Shown here piece after piece: positions 19,350-29,440 of a stretch of DNA of 64,000 nt; the stretch's first letter is position 1, and every line of letters starts with the position of its first letter. The position numbers and the translations under genes were made by a program. The notes beneath the pieces are model-generated. The model did not search any database. It was not told the DNA's origin and saw only the letters and a list, made by a program, of their open reading frames with translations. Source of the stretch: Pyrinomonadaceae bacterium (GTDB lineage Bacteria > Acidobacteriota > Blastocatellia > Pyrinomonadales > Pyrinomonadaceae); NCBI GenBank assembly GCA_046313635.1, contig JBKBYA010000001.1, forward strand, positions 684,340 to 748,339. Reading direction: 5' to 3'.

Positions 19350-22076
19350 ATGAAATCCATATTCCTCCTCATAACTCTCATTTTGTCCACGTGCGCGTCC
19401 GCCGCAGCTCAACAATACGTGGGGTACGCCGGGCACGATATGACGATCCTGAAAAACGCGGCCGGGAAATACGGCTATTCGGAGAACTCTTACGGGAAGG
19501 ACATCAAGACTCTGAAGATGCTGATCCCTTTTCGTTACGACAGCGCGTCGGAATTCAATGACGCCGGCTACGCAGTCGTCGAGATCGCGGGCAAATGGGG
19601 CGTGATCGATAAGACCGGCAAGACGATCGTGCCGATCGAATACGACTACGCCCACAACGTCGAGAACGGAATGGCCGTGGTCGAGCGCGGCGGCAAATTT
19701 GGGGCGGTCGATCTCACCGGGCGGTTAGCGATACCGTTCGATTACGAGGTTCTTGGATCATTCGACAAATTCGGATTGGCGACGGCCAACCGTTGGGGTC
19801 AGGACGGAATAATAAACAAAGAAAACAAGGTGATGCTGCCGTTCGATTTTATCTCGGCTGCGTCCGCGGGCGACGGATTCATGCGATCGTTCGGTGTCGA
19901 CGGCTGGAAGCACTACGATCCGACCGGCAAGGAGATCCTCTCCGGGTACCAGCCCGAAAACGTCTCAAAGGGCGGATACTTTGCCGCGCAGAAGCAGGGT
20001 GGCAAATTTGGCCTTTTCAGCAAAACGGGAGCCGTCGTGCTGCCGGAGGAATATGATCGGATCGAAGTGGGCAGCAACGGAACATCCGTAATGCTGAAGA
20101 AGGACGGCCTCTACGGTCTCTACGATCTTAAAACAAAATCGTGGCTGATCCCGCGTGAGAACCAATTCATGATGCTTGACGGCGACCGACTGGTACAGGT
20201 CGACAAAACGGAAAACGGCCCGTCGTACTTTGCGGATCTCTCGGGCAAAAACGTGTTTGGTGTTGAGTTTCAGGCTGCGGACCCATTCAAGGATTCGAGT
20301 GCCACGCTCGTCAAACGAAACGGAAAATGGGGTCTGATCGACCGTACCGGTAAATTTGTCCTCGCTCCGGAATTTGAAAAAGAGTCCATTAAATTCGTTT
20401 CCGATGACCGCATCGCTGCGAAAAAGGCCGAGGACCCTTCTTGCAAACCGTGCGGTTGGGGATTGACGGCCCTGAACGGCCAGGTGATCCTGCCGTTTTA
20501 TTACGCCAAGCCGGACCGCAACTTTTTCGAAAGAAGGATCGATGGTCTTCTTAAGCGAAGCCCGTTCGAGCCTGAGACGTCCACGCATAAGTACGGAGTG
20601 ATCCTGGATCTGCGGACCGGCAAACCCGGTGTCGTGGACACGCAGGGCAACTGGATACTCAAGCCCGGCGAGCCATATGAGGATATGAAGCTGAACGGGG
20701 CCAGCTCGTTCAATGACTACGGATTCCTGCTTCCGGTAAAGAAGAACGGCAAGTGGGGCGTCTACGAACTGAATTCGCGCCGCGAGATCATCCCGCCAAC
20801 AATTGTTACCGACGGCGATGGCTTTTCCGAAATTAGGGACGAAAATAGCCATGCTAATTTTTTCGACCGCGACCGCGGATGGGGCATCGCTGTGTACAGT
20901 ACGGGCAAAGTATTTAAGCCCGGCGCTTACAGCTACGAAGACTATGACGAGGAAACGAAGCTGCTCACCGTGACGAAAGGCGGTAACCGGGGATCGGACC
21001 GTCTGTCGGGCAAGTCCGCTGAGGAAAAGGCAATAGCTCTAATGAACGGCTCGACGGGTGAGCTTATGGGGCTGATGCGGCTCGATGGCACGATGGTGAC
21101 CAAACTCGAGTACGACAAGCTGATGTTCAACCGCGACGCTGGCGATCGTTATTGGGCAGTGAAAAATGGCAAAGGCGGATGGATAGATCTAAACGGCAGG
21201 ACGATCATTCCGCATGTTTACGATCTGTGGATCACGGAAGCAGGACGCGGATTTTTGGCGATACTCGACAGTCAATCGTTCGATTCTGACGGGTTGGCTC
21301 TAGTTATCTTCAAGGGCGAGGTCGTGCTTATCGACAAAGTGGGAAAGATCGTCCGGCGAGCGTCCGACCTCGGCGCGCCGAGAGAGGCTTATTTAACGCA
21401 GAGCGATCTTGGCAAGACACGGTATTTCTCTGCGAGTTACGAAATCGACGACAAGAAGCACGAAAAGTTTTTGATAAATGGAAAGATCTACGGGAATGAC
21501 GAGGATGCGAAGTACTTCCACGACGATCTTATAGTCATGACGCGAGACGGGCTGTACGGATACCTCGACCGCGCCGGAAACGAAGTGATCCCGTTCATCT
21601 ATACCAAGGCCGGTGACTTCAACGGCGGGATCGCGTCGGTGATGACGGATAAGGACGCCTTCTATATCAATCGCAGAGGCGAGCGGCTTTACACGATCGA
21701 TCCCCTCATCATCATTACCCGGCGAAGCAGAAGCATGACGCCCCTTATCAAGAACAGTGAGGTCGTGCGCACGATCGATGTCGCGGAGGCGAAGCAGGCG
21801 TTCGACACCGGCGCTGTATTCGTTGATACGCGATCGGCAGAGGGTTATACGAGCGAGCATATTAGAGGAGCCTTGAACATAGAGAAGTCTGCGCTCGAAG
21901 CCAACATCACGAAGCTGCCAAAGACAAAGAAGATCATTGCTTACTGCTCCTGTCCGCGTGAAGAATCGAGCGGCAACTTTATTTACGAGCTAAAGAAAAG
22001 AGGTTACACAGAGGTCTACGCACTTCGCGGCGGTACTAACGCGTGGAAAAATGCGGGTTTTCCGATGGGGAACTGA
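19350..22076 (+). CDS. Secreted WG-repeat protein with C-terminal rhodanese domain
   Basis: Signal peptide; many GKWG(V/L)ID.TG repeats; VDTR..HIRGA..YCSCP..LRGG..AW..AGFP. Confidence 0.85.
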   Translation: MKSIFLLITLILSTCASAAAQQYVGYAGHDMTILKNAAGKYGYSENSYGKDIKTLKMLIPFRYDSASEFNDAGYAVVEIAGKWGVIDKTGKTIVPIEYDYAHNVENGMAVVERGGKFGAVDLTGRLAIPFDYEVLGSFDKFGLATANRWGQDGIINKENKVMLPFDFISAASAGDGFMRSFGVDGWKHYDPTGKEILSGYQPENVSKGGYFAAQKQGGKFGLFSKTGAVVLPEEYDRIEVGSNGTSVMLKKDGLYGLYDLKTKSWLIPRENQFMMLDGDRLVQVDKTENGPSYFADLSGKNVFGVEFQAADPFKDSSATLVKRNGKWGLIDRTGKFVLAPEFEKESIKFVSDDRIAAKKAEDPSCKPCGWGLTALNGQVILPFYYAKPDRNFFERRIDGLLKRSPFEPETSTHKYGVILDLRTGKPGVVDTQGNWILKPGEPYEDMKLNGASSFNDYGFLLPVKKNGKWGVYELNSRREIIPPTIVTDGDGFSEIRDENSHANFFDRDRGWGIAVYSTGKVFKPGAYSYEDYDEETKLLTVTKGGNRGSDRLSGKSAEEKAIALMNGSTGELMGLMRLDGTMVTKLEYDKLMFNRDAGDRYWAVKNGKGGWIDLNGRTIIPHVYDLWITEAGRGFLAILDSQSFDSDGLALVIFKGEVVLIDKVGKIVRRASDLGAPREAYLTQSDLGKTRYFSASYEIDDKKHEKFLINGKIYGNDEDAKYFHDDLIVMTRDGLYGYLDRAGNEVIPFIYTKAGDFNGGIASVMTDKDAFYINRRGERLYTIDPLIIITRRSRSMTPLIKNSEVVRTIDVAEAKQAFDTGAVFVDTRSAEGYTSEHIRGALNIEKSALEANITKLPKTKKIIAYCSCPREESSGNFIYELKKRGYTEVYALRGGTNAWKNAGFPMGN

Positions 22077-22167
22077 TCTTGCGGGAGCGCGAAGTCTGAA
22101 TGGGCGGAGACGGCCTTGTAATAGTGATACAAGAAAGATCAATGCAGACCAAGGATCCGGACGAACT

Positions 22168-22563
22168 ATGGCAAAAGGTGACGAATTCTTTTTAGCGAAT
22201 ACCAGAGCCTCGGTGCACTTCGTCTGCTTTGATTGCCGCGTTTCATTCAGGCAGCCGGGATCGTCGCATTGGGACCCCACGGTACCGACGCGGGCGTTTC
22301 CGTGCCCTGAGTGCAGATCCCCGATGCAGCCGATGGGGCGGCACTTCAAGGCCCCGCCGCGCCGCGACAAGCGCCAGTGGCTCAAAGTCGAGTTGCTTTA
22401 CCAGCACGGGGAACGATTTGAATCCGGGACTTCTGGCTTGAACGAAAAGTGCCGCACGCTGGCGGATACAGTCGAATACCTGGCGACACAGGGGCGTTCC
22501 GCCGATTCGGTGCTGGACGTTCTGCATCGGATACAAAGGCAGCGTCGAGGCGGCTCGAAATAG
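22168..22563 (+). CDS. Small zinc-ribbon-like protein
   Basis: CFDC...CPEC then MGRHFKAPPRRD..W. Confidence 0.65.
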   Translation: MAKGDEFFLANTRASVHFVCFDCRVSFRQPGSSHWDPTVPTRAFPCPECRSPMQPMGRHFKAPPRRDKRQWLKVELLYQHGERFESGTSGLNEKCRTLADTVEYLATQGRSADSVLDVLHRIQRQRRGGSK

Positions 22564-22626
22564 CGGGATCTCGGCGGGCCGGCGGAAATTCCGCCGCCGT
22601 GTTCGTCGATTTAAATTCGTGCAGAT

Positions 22627-23172
22627 ATGAAAAAGTTTATTCCTATCGTCTGCTTAATGCTCGTCCTGAGCGGCGTCACGGCAGCTCAGAGGAAGCGCAA
22701 GCCCAAGTCGCCACCGACACCGCCGTCTCCGGTGTTCGTTCTGAAGGAGGAGCCAAAAGCGAAGTGTGCCAACGACTCCGTGAATGAGCTTCTGAAATAC
22801 GATCCATCCGGTACGGTGGTCTCGACTGAGAGCAGACCGGGCGAATCCGCAAAAACGGACTGCTCGCCGGATAACGCCGGTTCGTCGTCCGGAGCAAAGG
22901 GCCTCAGCTCCCCGCTTAAGATCCTGAGCAAGCCAAAGGCAAACTACACCGACGCGGCTCGAGCGAATAAAGTGAGCGGCCGAGTCAAGTTGACGGTCAC
23001 ATTTCTGGCCTCAGGTCGAGTTGGTTCGATCCGGCCCTTGGCCGGCCTGCCTAACGGATTGACCGAACAGGCCGTCATCGCTGCACGAAACATCCGATTC
23101 GAACCCGAACGAAGAAACGGTGCGCCGGTGTCGGTGTCCAGAATCGTCGTCTACGACTTCGCCATATACTGA
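22627..23172 (+). CDS. TonB C-terminal domain protein
   Basis: Signal peptide; ILSKP.A.YT..AR..GL..GLTEQA..AAR.IRFEP. Confidence 0.85.
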   Translation: MKKFIPIVCLMLVLSGVTAAQRKRKPKSPPTPPSPVFVLKEEPKAKCANDSVNELLKYDPSGTVVSTESRPGESAKTDCSPDNAGSSSGAKGLSSPLKILSKPKANYTDAARANKVSGRVKLTVTFLASGRVGSIRPLAGLPNGLTEQAVIAARNIRFEPERRNGAPVSVSRIVVYDFAIY

Positions 23173-23260
23173 GCGGGCGTCCGCGAGGCACGCCGACGAG
23201 AGGGATCGTAAACGGCATTTGCCCCTGCACTAATTCGCAGCAACTGGCAAAAACCTCGAG

Positions 23261-23292
23261 GCCCGAAGACGAGCGCTTCGGGCTTTTTATTT
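23261..23292 (+). terminator. Intrinsic terminator
   Basis: GCCCGAAG-loop-CTTCGGGC followed by TTTTTATTT. Confidence 0.75.
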
Positions 23293-23432
23293 CGCCGGAA
23301 AAAACAGACAATGAACTTGCGGCGAAACGTACTGCCGCAGAGCGGAAATCACGCGAGGCGGCGCGATCGTCATTTTTCTTCGACCTCTGAGATCTAGGCG
23401 GGCCACAATTTTTAGCGGACCAGAGCAGTTTT

Positions 23433-24899
23433 ATGGGTAACGCAAGAACACTTGGGGAACTAAAGGCAAGCGGGTATGTCCCACGGTCGGTCAAGGACGA
23501 GATGCGGTCGAATCTGATCGCAAAGCTGCGTGCGGGCGAGCGACTGTTTCCGGGCATCGTGGGTTACGACGAGACGGTCGTGCCGCAGTTGGTGAATGCC
23601 GTTTTGGCAAAGCACAACTTCATTCTGCTAGGGCTGCGCGGTCAGGCAAAGAGCCGGATCATCCGGCAGCTCACCGACCTGCTCGACGAGGAGATCCCGA
23701 TCATCGCGGGCTCGGAGATCAACGACGATCCATTCAGGCCGCTGAGCGCTTTCGGCCGGCAGCAGCTCGAGCTGCACGGCGACGAGCTAAAGATCGACTG
23801 GGTCCATCGCGACAATCGCTTTGTCGAAAAGCTCGCGACGCCCGACGTGACGATCGCCGACATCATCGGCGACGTCGACCCGATCAAGGCGGCAAAGGGC
23901 GGGCACCTTTTGTCTGACGAGCTGACGATCCACTTCGGCCTTTTGCCGCGGGCCAATCGCGGCATCTTTGCGATCAACGAGCTGCCCGACCTCGCCGGTA
24001 AAATTCAGGTCGGCCTTTTCAACATCATGCAGGAGGGCGACGTGCAGATAAAGGGCTATCCGGTCCGCCTGCCGCTCGACGTGATGCTCGTCTTCTCGGC
24101 AAATCCCGAAGACTACACCGCACGGGGCAAGATCATCACGCCGCTCAAGGACCGCATCGGCGCCGAGATACAGACGCATTACCCAAAGGACGTCGCGACC
24201 AGCGCCGAGATCACACGGCAGGAAGCGTGGGTCGATCGCGGTGAAGGGGCACGGATAGATATACCGGACTTTATAAAAGAGACGATCGAGCAGATCGCAT
24301 TCGAAGCGCGTGACGACCAGCGGATCGACAAGCGTTCCGGAGTGTCGCAGCGTTTCTCGATCAGCACGCTGGAGGCTGCCGTATCAAATGCCGAAAGGCG
24401 TTCGCTGACGACGGGCGAGCCCGAGATCGTTCCGCGTATCTCGGACATTTACGCCGCTTTGCCGGCGATGACCGGCAAGATGGAGCTCGAGTACGAGGGC
24501 GAGCAGATCGGCGCGACGCGGCTCGCGCGAGACCTGATCAAGCGCGCGACGGGTGTGATCTTTGAAGGCTTTTTTCTCGGGATCGATTTTACCCCGACGG
24601 TGCGCTGGTTTGACGCGGGCAACAAGCTGCTGCTCTCTGACAACGCCTCGGCCGACGAATGCGTGACCCTGCTCGACGGCGTACCCGACCTGATCGAGTC
24701 GACGCTCGTGCCTTTAGAATTCGGCCGCGACGATAAGGCCAAGCTCGTCTCGGCATGCGAATTCGTCCTTGAGGGCCTCTACGCGCAAAACAAGATCTCG
24801 CGAAACGAAGAGGGCGGCTTCGAGGCCGTGACCAAAGCCAAGCGCGACCGCCGCGGGATGATCTACGAGGACTTTACGGATATCGAGGGATACAACTAA
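23433..24899 (+). CDS. AAA+ ATPase, Mg-chelatase ChlI/MoxR-like
   Basis: GLRGQAKS Walker A variant, FAINELPDL Walker B, PLKDR. Confidence 0.88.
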   Translation: MGNARTLGELKASGYVPRSVKDEMRSNLIAKLRAGERLFPGIVGYDETVVPQLVNAVLAKHNFILLGLRGQAKSRIIRQLTDLLDEEIPIIAGSEINDDPFRPLSAFGRQQLELHGDELKIDWVHRDNRFVEKLATPDVTIADIIGDVDPIKAAKGGHLLSDELTIHFGLLPRANRGIFAINELPDLAGKIQVGLFNIMQEGDVQIKGYPVRLPLDVMLVFSANPEDYTARGKIITPLKDRIGAEIQTHYPKDVATSAEITRQEAWVDRGEGARIDIPDFIKETIEQIAFEARDDQRIDKRSGVSQRFSISTLEAAVSNAERRSLTTGEPEIVPRISDIYAALPAMTGKMELEYEGEQIGATRLARDLIKRATGVIFEGFFLGIDFTPTVRWFDAGNKLLLSDNASADECVTLLDGVPDLIESTLVPLEFGRDDKAKLVSACEFVLEGLYAQNKISRNEEGGFEAVTKAKRDRRGMIYEDFTDIEGYN

Positions 24900-25068
24900 G
24901 GCCGGCTGAATTAGGTAAGCCTGGAAAGCGGGATCTGAATGTCTGCTTTTCTAAAGTCTTCCTTCACCGAGCGGAAAATCTATGCTCTTCCGCTCGCCGA
25001 GAGAGACGCCGGAAAAAGGCTTGTATCAGCATTGAGTGTTACGCCCTCGCTAACGCGCGGGCTTCTGC

Positions 25069-25099
25069 AAAAAAAGAGACCGTCGTTTCCGACGGCCTC
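25069..25099 (-). terminator. Terminator after glycine-zipper gene 1
   Basis: GAGGCCGTCG/CGACGGTCTC hairpin plus T run on the minus strand. Confidence 0.6.
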
Positions 25100-25130
25100 A
25101 TCACCTTCCCCGGTTCGTTATAACGTCAAC

Positions 25131-25442
25131 TTAGTACCGACGCTGTTTCGGTTTGATCTTGTACGTGTAGATCGCCGAGCCCGCGGCACCTGCGGCCGTT
25201 CCGAGCAGTGCGCCCTTTTTGCCGCCGATCAGTCCGCCGATCAGCGCGCCCGCGCCTGTGCCGATCGCCATGTTGATGACATTGCGGTGACGGCGATAGA
25301 AGCTCGGCCGCTCATAGGTCGATGCCGCGTAGCTGCGCGTGCGGTAGACGCGACGGGTCTGCGCGTCGGCCGAGGTCGCAAACATCGGGACCATTACCGC
25401 AAACATCGCCATCATCATTAATGTCGTGATGAATTTTTTCAT
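25131..25442 (-). CDS. Small basic secreted glycine-zipper protein (paralogue 1)
   Basis: Signal peptide; GTGAGALIGGLIGGKKGALLG; GGAG RBS. Confidence 0.8.
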   Translation of the reverse strand: MKKFITTLMMMAMFAVMVPMFATSADAQTRRVYRTRSYAASTYERPSFYRRHRNVINMAIGTGAGALIGGLIGGKKGALLGTAAGAAGSAIYTYKIKPKQRRY

Positions 25443-25499
25443 TGCTCAAATCTCCCTGAAAAATCTTTCGAGACCTTTCATCTCGCTGCCATAAAGTCG

Positions 25500-25514
25500 G
25501 CAATGACCGTGCCA
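25500..25514 (-). promoter_or_regulatory. sigma54 promoter
   Basis: Minus strand TGGCACGGTCATTGC matches TGGCACG-N4-TTGC, 58 bp upstream of ATG 25442. Confidence 0.75.
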
Positions 25515-25626
25515 TTGGCCGAGGTGTTGAAATAGCGTGATTTACCCAGCCCGAGGCGGATCGCTGCGTCCGCGACGGGCACGATATCGGGAAGCGGATC
25601 TTCGTTATCGTATGCCGGCACAAATA

Positions 25627-25662
25627 GAAAAGCCGCGAGACCCGACGTGCCCGCGGCTTTTC
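25627..25662. terminator. Hairpin terminator after glycine-zipper gene 2
   Basis: GAAAAGCCGCG...CGCGGCTTTTC. Confidence 0.55.
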
Positions 25663-25680
25663 AGAACGGTCCGAAAGACG

Positions 25681-26040
25681 TTAGTACGATCGATAGTAAC
25701 GACGCCGTTTCGGAACGAGCTTGTAGGTGTAAAGGGCCGAGCTGCCGAGACCGACGAGGGCTCCTATCCCTGCGCCGCGACGACCGCCGAGCAGGCCGCC
25801 GACGAGGGCTCCGCCGCCGGTGCCGATCGCCATATTTATGACGTTGCGGTGACGACGGTAGAAGCTCGGACGCCTCTCGGCGACGTAACTTCGCGTCGCG
25901 TAGGTCGGCGTGCGGTTATACGTTCGGGCCGCGTAGCTGCGTTTGCGATGCTTGCGGCAGCTTGGATGAGCTTCCGTGGTGAGCGGCAGGCCCACGGCGA
26001 AAACCAGTAGCATCATTGATGTGACCAAAAACTTTTTCAT
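25681..26040 (-). CDS. Small basic secreted glycine-zipper protein (paralogue 2)
   Basis: Shares RPSFYRRHRNVINMAIGTG and YTYK with paralogue 1; start set at ATG 26040. Confidence 0.8.
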   Translation of the reverse strand: MKKFLVTSMMLLVFAVGLPLTTEAHPSCRKHRKRSYAARTYNRTPTYATRSYVAERRPSFYRRHRNVINMAIGTGGGALVGGLLGGRRGAGIGALVGLGSSALYTYKLVPKRRRYYRSY

Positions 26041-26184
26041 AGTGAGAAACACCTTCCTTCCTAAAGATCTAGTGACGAGGAGAGCAGTGTGCTAAGTTTT
26101 TGGAGAGAGTTTTTGAGCTTGTGAGCGCATCTCAAAGATAACTTTGCGCGGCGCGATTAATCAAGCCTCAGGAGCGGGCCGGTA

Positions 26185-27507
26185 ATGAAATTCGTTCGCT
26201 ATTCCAAGTTCAGCGGCTTTGACGTCTTTGGCGTAGATCTCGGCGGGCTGATGGACGCGCTCGCCGACAGGCTGCTCGACTCGGGATATTCGGACGATTA
26301 CTGGTGGACGCGTTCGAGGCAGGAGCCGGACGACTCGCTTGATGCGCTGCGGCAGGCGATACTGCAGGCGCTGCTCGACAACGAGATTATCAGTGAGCGC
26401 GACGTCGAGAAGATGCTTGCCGACAACGGCGGCAAGTTTAAGGGCTCGCTGCTTGAGGAGCTGATCAATAAACTTATCGAGCGGCTCGTCGACGAAGGAT
26501 ATTTGAACCTTAAAGAAGTGCCGCAGCAGCAGGTGCAGGGAAATGGCGGCGGCATGGGCGAGATCGGCGAGGCGATGCCACGCGATGTGCGATTTGAGGT
26601 GACGGAGAAAGGCCTCGACTTTCTGGGCTACAAGACGCTGCAGAAGCTCCTCGGCAGTCTCGGCCGATCTTCGGTCGGGCGGCATCAGACGCATTATCTC
26701 GATACCGGCGTCGAGGCGGCGCTAAGTTCCAAGCTCTACGAATTCGGCGACACGATCAATCTCGACGTCAACGCGACGCTGCTATCTGCGATCTCGCGCG
26801 ACGGCCTCAAAGTCCCGATCGAACTCGAGTACAAGGACCTGCACGTGCACCAGCAGGATTACAGCTCGTCGTGCGCGACGGTGGTGATGCTTGACTGCTC
26901 GCACTCGATGATCCTCTACGGCGAAGACCGCTTTACGCCGGCCAAGAAGGTGACGCTCGCGCTCGCGCATCTGATCCGCACGCAGTATCCGGGCGATTCG
27001 CTGAAGATCGTTCTCTTTCACGACGGTGCCGAAGAGCTGCCGCTTGCGCGGCTTGCTTCGACGCAGGTCGGGCCGTATCACACGAACACGGCCGAGGGCC
27101 TCAAGCTCGCACGCCGCCTGCTTACCGCGCAGCGAAAGGAGATGAAGCAGATCGTCATGGTCACCGACGGCAAGCCGACCGCGGCCTTTGTCGAGCCGTC
27201 GACGATGGCGTACTTCGGCTATCGCAAATACTCGAGCCGGATGCCCGGCGACAAGCGCCTTCTGTACAAAAACTCGATGGGCAACGACCCCTTCGTGATG
27301 GCCGAGACCTTCAAGGAAGTGCAGGCGTGCCGCAAGGCGGGCATTATGATCAACACGTTCATGCTTGCGAGCGACACGTACCTCATCGATTTCGTCAAGC
27401 GAATGACGGCGATGACGCGCGGCAAGGCTTATTTTGCGAATCCGAACAACCTGTCGCAGTTCGTGCTGATGGATTTCCTCCGCCGGCGAACGAGCCGCGT
27501 GCGGTGA
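26185..27507 (+). CDS. VWA domain protein (likely partner of the AAA+ ATPase)
   Basis: MIDAS DCSHS, TNT, VTDG. Confidence 0.88.
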   Translation: MKFVRYSKFSGFDVFGVDLGGLMDALADRLLDSGYSDDYWWTRSRQEPDDSLDALRQAILQALLDNEIISERDVEKMLADNGGKFKGSLLEELINKLIERLVDEGYLNLKEVPQQQVQGNGGGMGEIGEAMPRDVRFEVTEKGLDFLGYKTLQKLLGSLGRSSVGRHQTHYLDTGVEAALSSKLYEFGDTINLDVNATLLSAISRDGLKVPIELEYKDLHVHQQDYSSSCATVVMLDCSHSMILYGEDRFTPAKKVTLALAHLIRTQYPGDSLKIVLFHDGAEELPLARLASTQVGPYHTNTAEGLKLARRLLTAQRKEMKQIVMVTDGKPTAAFVEPSTMAYFGYRKYSSRMPGDKRLLYKNSMGNDPFVMAETFKEVQACRKAGIMINTFMLASDTYLIDFVKRMTAMTRGKAYFANPNNLSQFVLMDFLRRRTSRVR

Positions 27508-27608
27508 GACCGGCGCGCGGTTTTGTGATAATCTTTTCTCGCAAAAAAAGTATCAGCGGCCGACGGCCTCGAATCGGCTTTTCCGCATTAATTCTGAGCT
27601 ACAACTGA

Positions 27609-28454
27609 ATGCTGAAGAACGAACTTCACGACAAGACGTGGTTTTACGACCTGGAGTGGATACCCGATCCGCGCGGGGCGCGTCGTCTGCTCGATCTCGC
27701 CGAGGAGATGCCCGACCACGAGGCGATGCAGGCGCTCTGGAAGCACTGCGGCGCGACCGACGAGGAGCCGAGACCTTTTGTGAAGTACCTCTTTTCGCGG
27801 GTCGTCTCGATAGCGTTCCTCTCGCGCAACGTCGTCTTTCGCGACGGCGTCAAGACGATCGAATTCAAGCTCTACTCGCTGCCGAAGCTGCCGCTCAACG
27901 GCGACCCGACCGCGACCGAGGAATCGGCGATCATCGGGCAGTTCCTGCACTACGTCGGCGAGCGAGACCCGTATCTCGTCGGCTACAATTCGGCCGCGTC
28001 CGACCTGCAGGTGCTCGTTCAGCGAAGTCTGGTCAACGAGATCACGGCGCCGAAATTCTGCCTCGTGCCGTCAAAGCCGTGGGAGGGCCGCGACTATTTT
28101 TACCGCTACAGCGAGGAGCACCTCGACCTGCTGCGGCTGCTGTCGAACGGCAAGATGACGCCGCGGCTCGACGAGATCGCAAAGCTCTGCGGATTCCCGG
28201 GCAAGATCGACGTCGACGGCAAGCAGGTCGTCGACCTATGGCTCGCCGGTGAACTGCAGAAGATCGTCGAGTACAACCAGATCGACGTGCTTAATACGTA
28301 TCTCGTCTGGCTGCGCGTCGTGTACTTTTGCGGCAAGCTCACCGACGAGAAGTATCACGAGGAACTCGAGCTGTTTCGCGCGTTTCTCGAGGACGAGGCC
28401 CAAGACCCGAACAAGGCCCACGTGCGGCAGTTTGTCGAAGCGTGGGTTATGTGA
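27609..28454 (+). CDS. DnaQ-like 3'-5' exonuclease (PolB-exo2/WlaX-like)
   Basis: YDLEW (ExoI), GYN...DL (ExoII), HLDL, YNQID (ExoIII). Confidence 0.8.
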   Translation: MLKNELHDKTWFYDLEWIPDPRGARRLLDLAEEMPDHEAMQALWKHCGATDEEPRPFVKYLFSRVVSIAFLSRNVVFRDGVKTIEFKLYSLPKLPLNGDPTATEESAIIGQFLHYVGERDPYLVGYNSAASDLQVLVQRSLVNEITAPKFCLVPSKPWEGRDYFYRYSEEHLDLLRLLSNGKMTPRLDEIAKLCGFPGKIDVDGKQVVDLWLAGELQKIVEYNQIDVLNTYLVWLRVVYFCGKLTDEKYHEELELFRAFLEDEAQDPNKAHVRQFVEAWVM

Positions 28455-28548
28455 TCGGGCGAGTGCCCGCACGTAGCGGCATCAAGGCCGCGCGATATCA
28501 GAGCGCCGGCCGGCGCTCGCTCGGTCCCGAACTCGAACAAATCGAAAG

Positions 28549-29373
28549 ATGCCTTCTAACTCGTTCAAGATCGGCAAGATCTACCAGGAAAACTGCATCA
28601 AGACCCTTGGCGAGCGCGTGCCCGACGACGCGATCGACATGACGCTGACGAGCCCGCCGTACGACGACCTGCGCGACTACAACGGCTATCATTTCCCGGT
28701 CGAGGAGATCGCGGCCCTGCTTTTTCAGAAGACGAAGCCCGGCGGCGTCGTCGTCTGGGTCGTCGGCGACCGCACGTACAACGGCAGCGAATCGCTGACG
28801 AGCTTTCAGCACGCTTTTGTTTTTCGCGACGCGGGATTCAAGGTGCACGACACGATGATCTACGCTAAGAACAACCCGATCCCGTCGGACTGCGGCAAGC
28901 GCTACCGGCAGTCGTTCGAGTATATGTTCTGCTTTTCGAAGGGCTCGCCGGCGACCTTTAACCCGATCACGGAACCGACCAAGTCCGCGGGTCAAAAGAT
29001 CAAGGCATTTCGCATCACCGGCAAAGGCCGCGGCAACGTGCCCGACGAGGACATCGGCCGAAAGATCAAGACGGAAAAAAAGGTCAGCAACATCTTCAGC
29101 TACAACGTCGGCACGTCGTCGTCGGAGGATAAGATCGCGTTCGAGCATCCGGCCATCTTTCCCGAGCAGCTCGCGCTCGACCAGATCTCGACCTGGACCA
29201 ACGAGGGCGACCTCGTTTACGACTGCTTTATGGGCAGCGGCACGACCGCCAAGGCGGCGACGGAGCTCGGTCGGCGTTGGTTCGGCAGCGAGATCTCGGG
29301 CGAATACGTCCGCATAGCCGAGCAGCGGCTGCGGGCTTTTGCCGCTGTGCGGGCAAACGGGCACGTCCGATGA
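28549..29373 (+). CDS. Beta-class N4-C/N6-A DNA methyltransferase (orphan)
   Basis: TSPPY motif IV N-terminal, HPAIFP, DCFMGSGTT motif I C-terminal. Confidence 0.9.
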   Translation: MPSNSFKIGKIYQENCIKTLGERVPDDAIDMTLTSPPYDDLRDYNGYHFPVEEIAALLFQKTKPGGVVVWVVGDRTYNGSESLTSFQHAFVFRDAGFKVHDTMIYAKNNPIPSDCGKRYRQSFEYMFCFSKGSPATFNPITEPTKSAGQKIKAFRITGKGRGNVPDEDIGRKIKTEKKVSNIFSYNVGTSSSEDKIAFEHPAIFPEQLALDQISTWTNEGDLVYDCFMGSGTTAKAATELGRRWFGSEISGEYVRIAEQRLRAFAAVRANGHVR

Positions 29374-29374
29374 C

Positions 29375-29401
29375 CAACTATTCGCGGCTGCGGGGCGTCT
29401 A
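29375..29401 (+). promoter_or_regulatory. Possible ECF sigma promoter
   Basis: CAAC-N17-CGTCTA upstream of 29441. Confidence 0.4.
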
Positions 29402-29440
29402 TTGGACGTCGGTCAAAATTTGTCTCCGGAGTTAAGAGTT

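Noticed and set aside
15398..23172. Integron cassette array belonging to intI
   Set aside because: No attC-like RYYYAAC...GTTRRRY hairpins seen between genes, several genes overlap, and the cluster is about 30 kb from intI.
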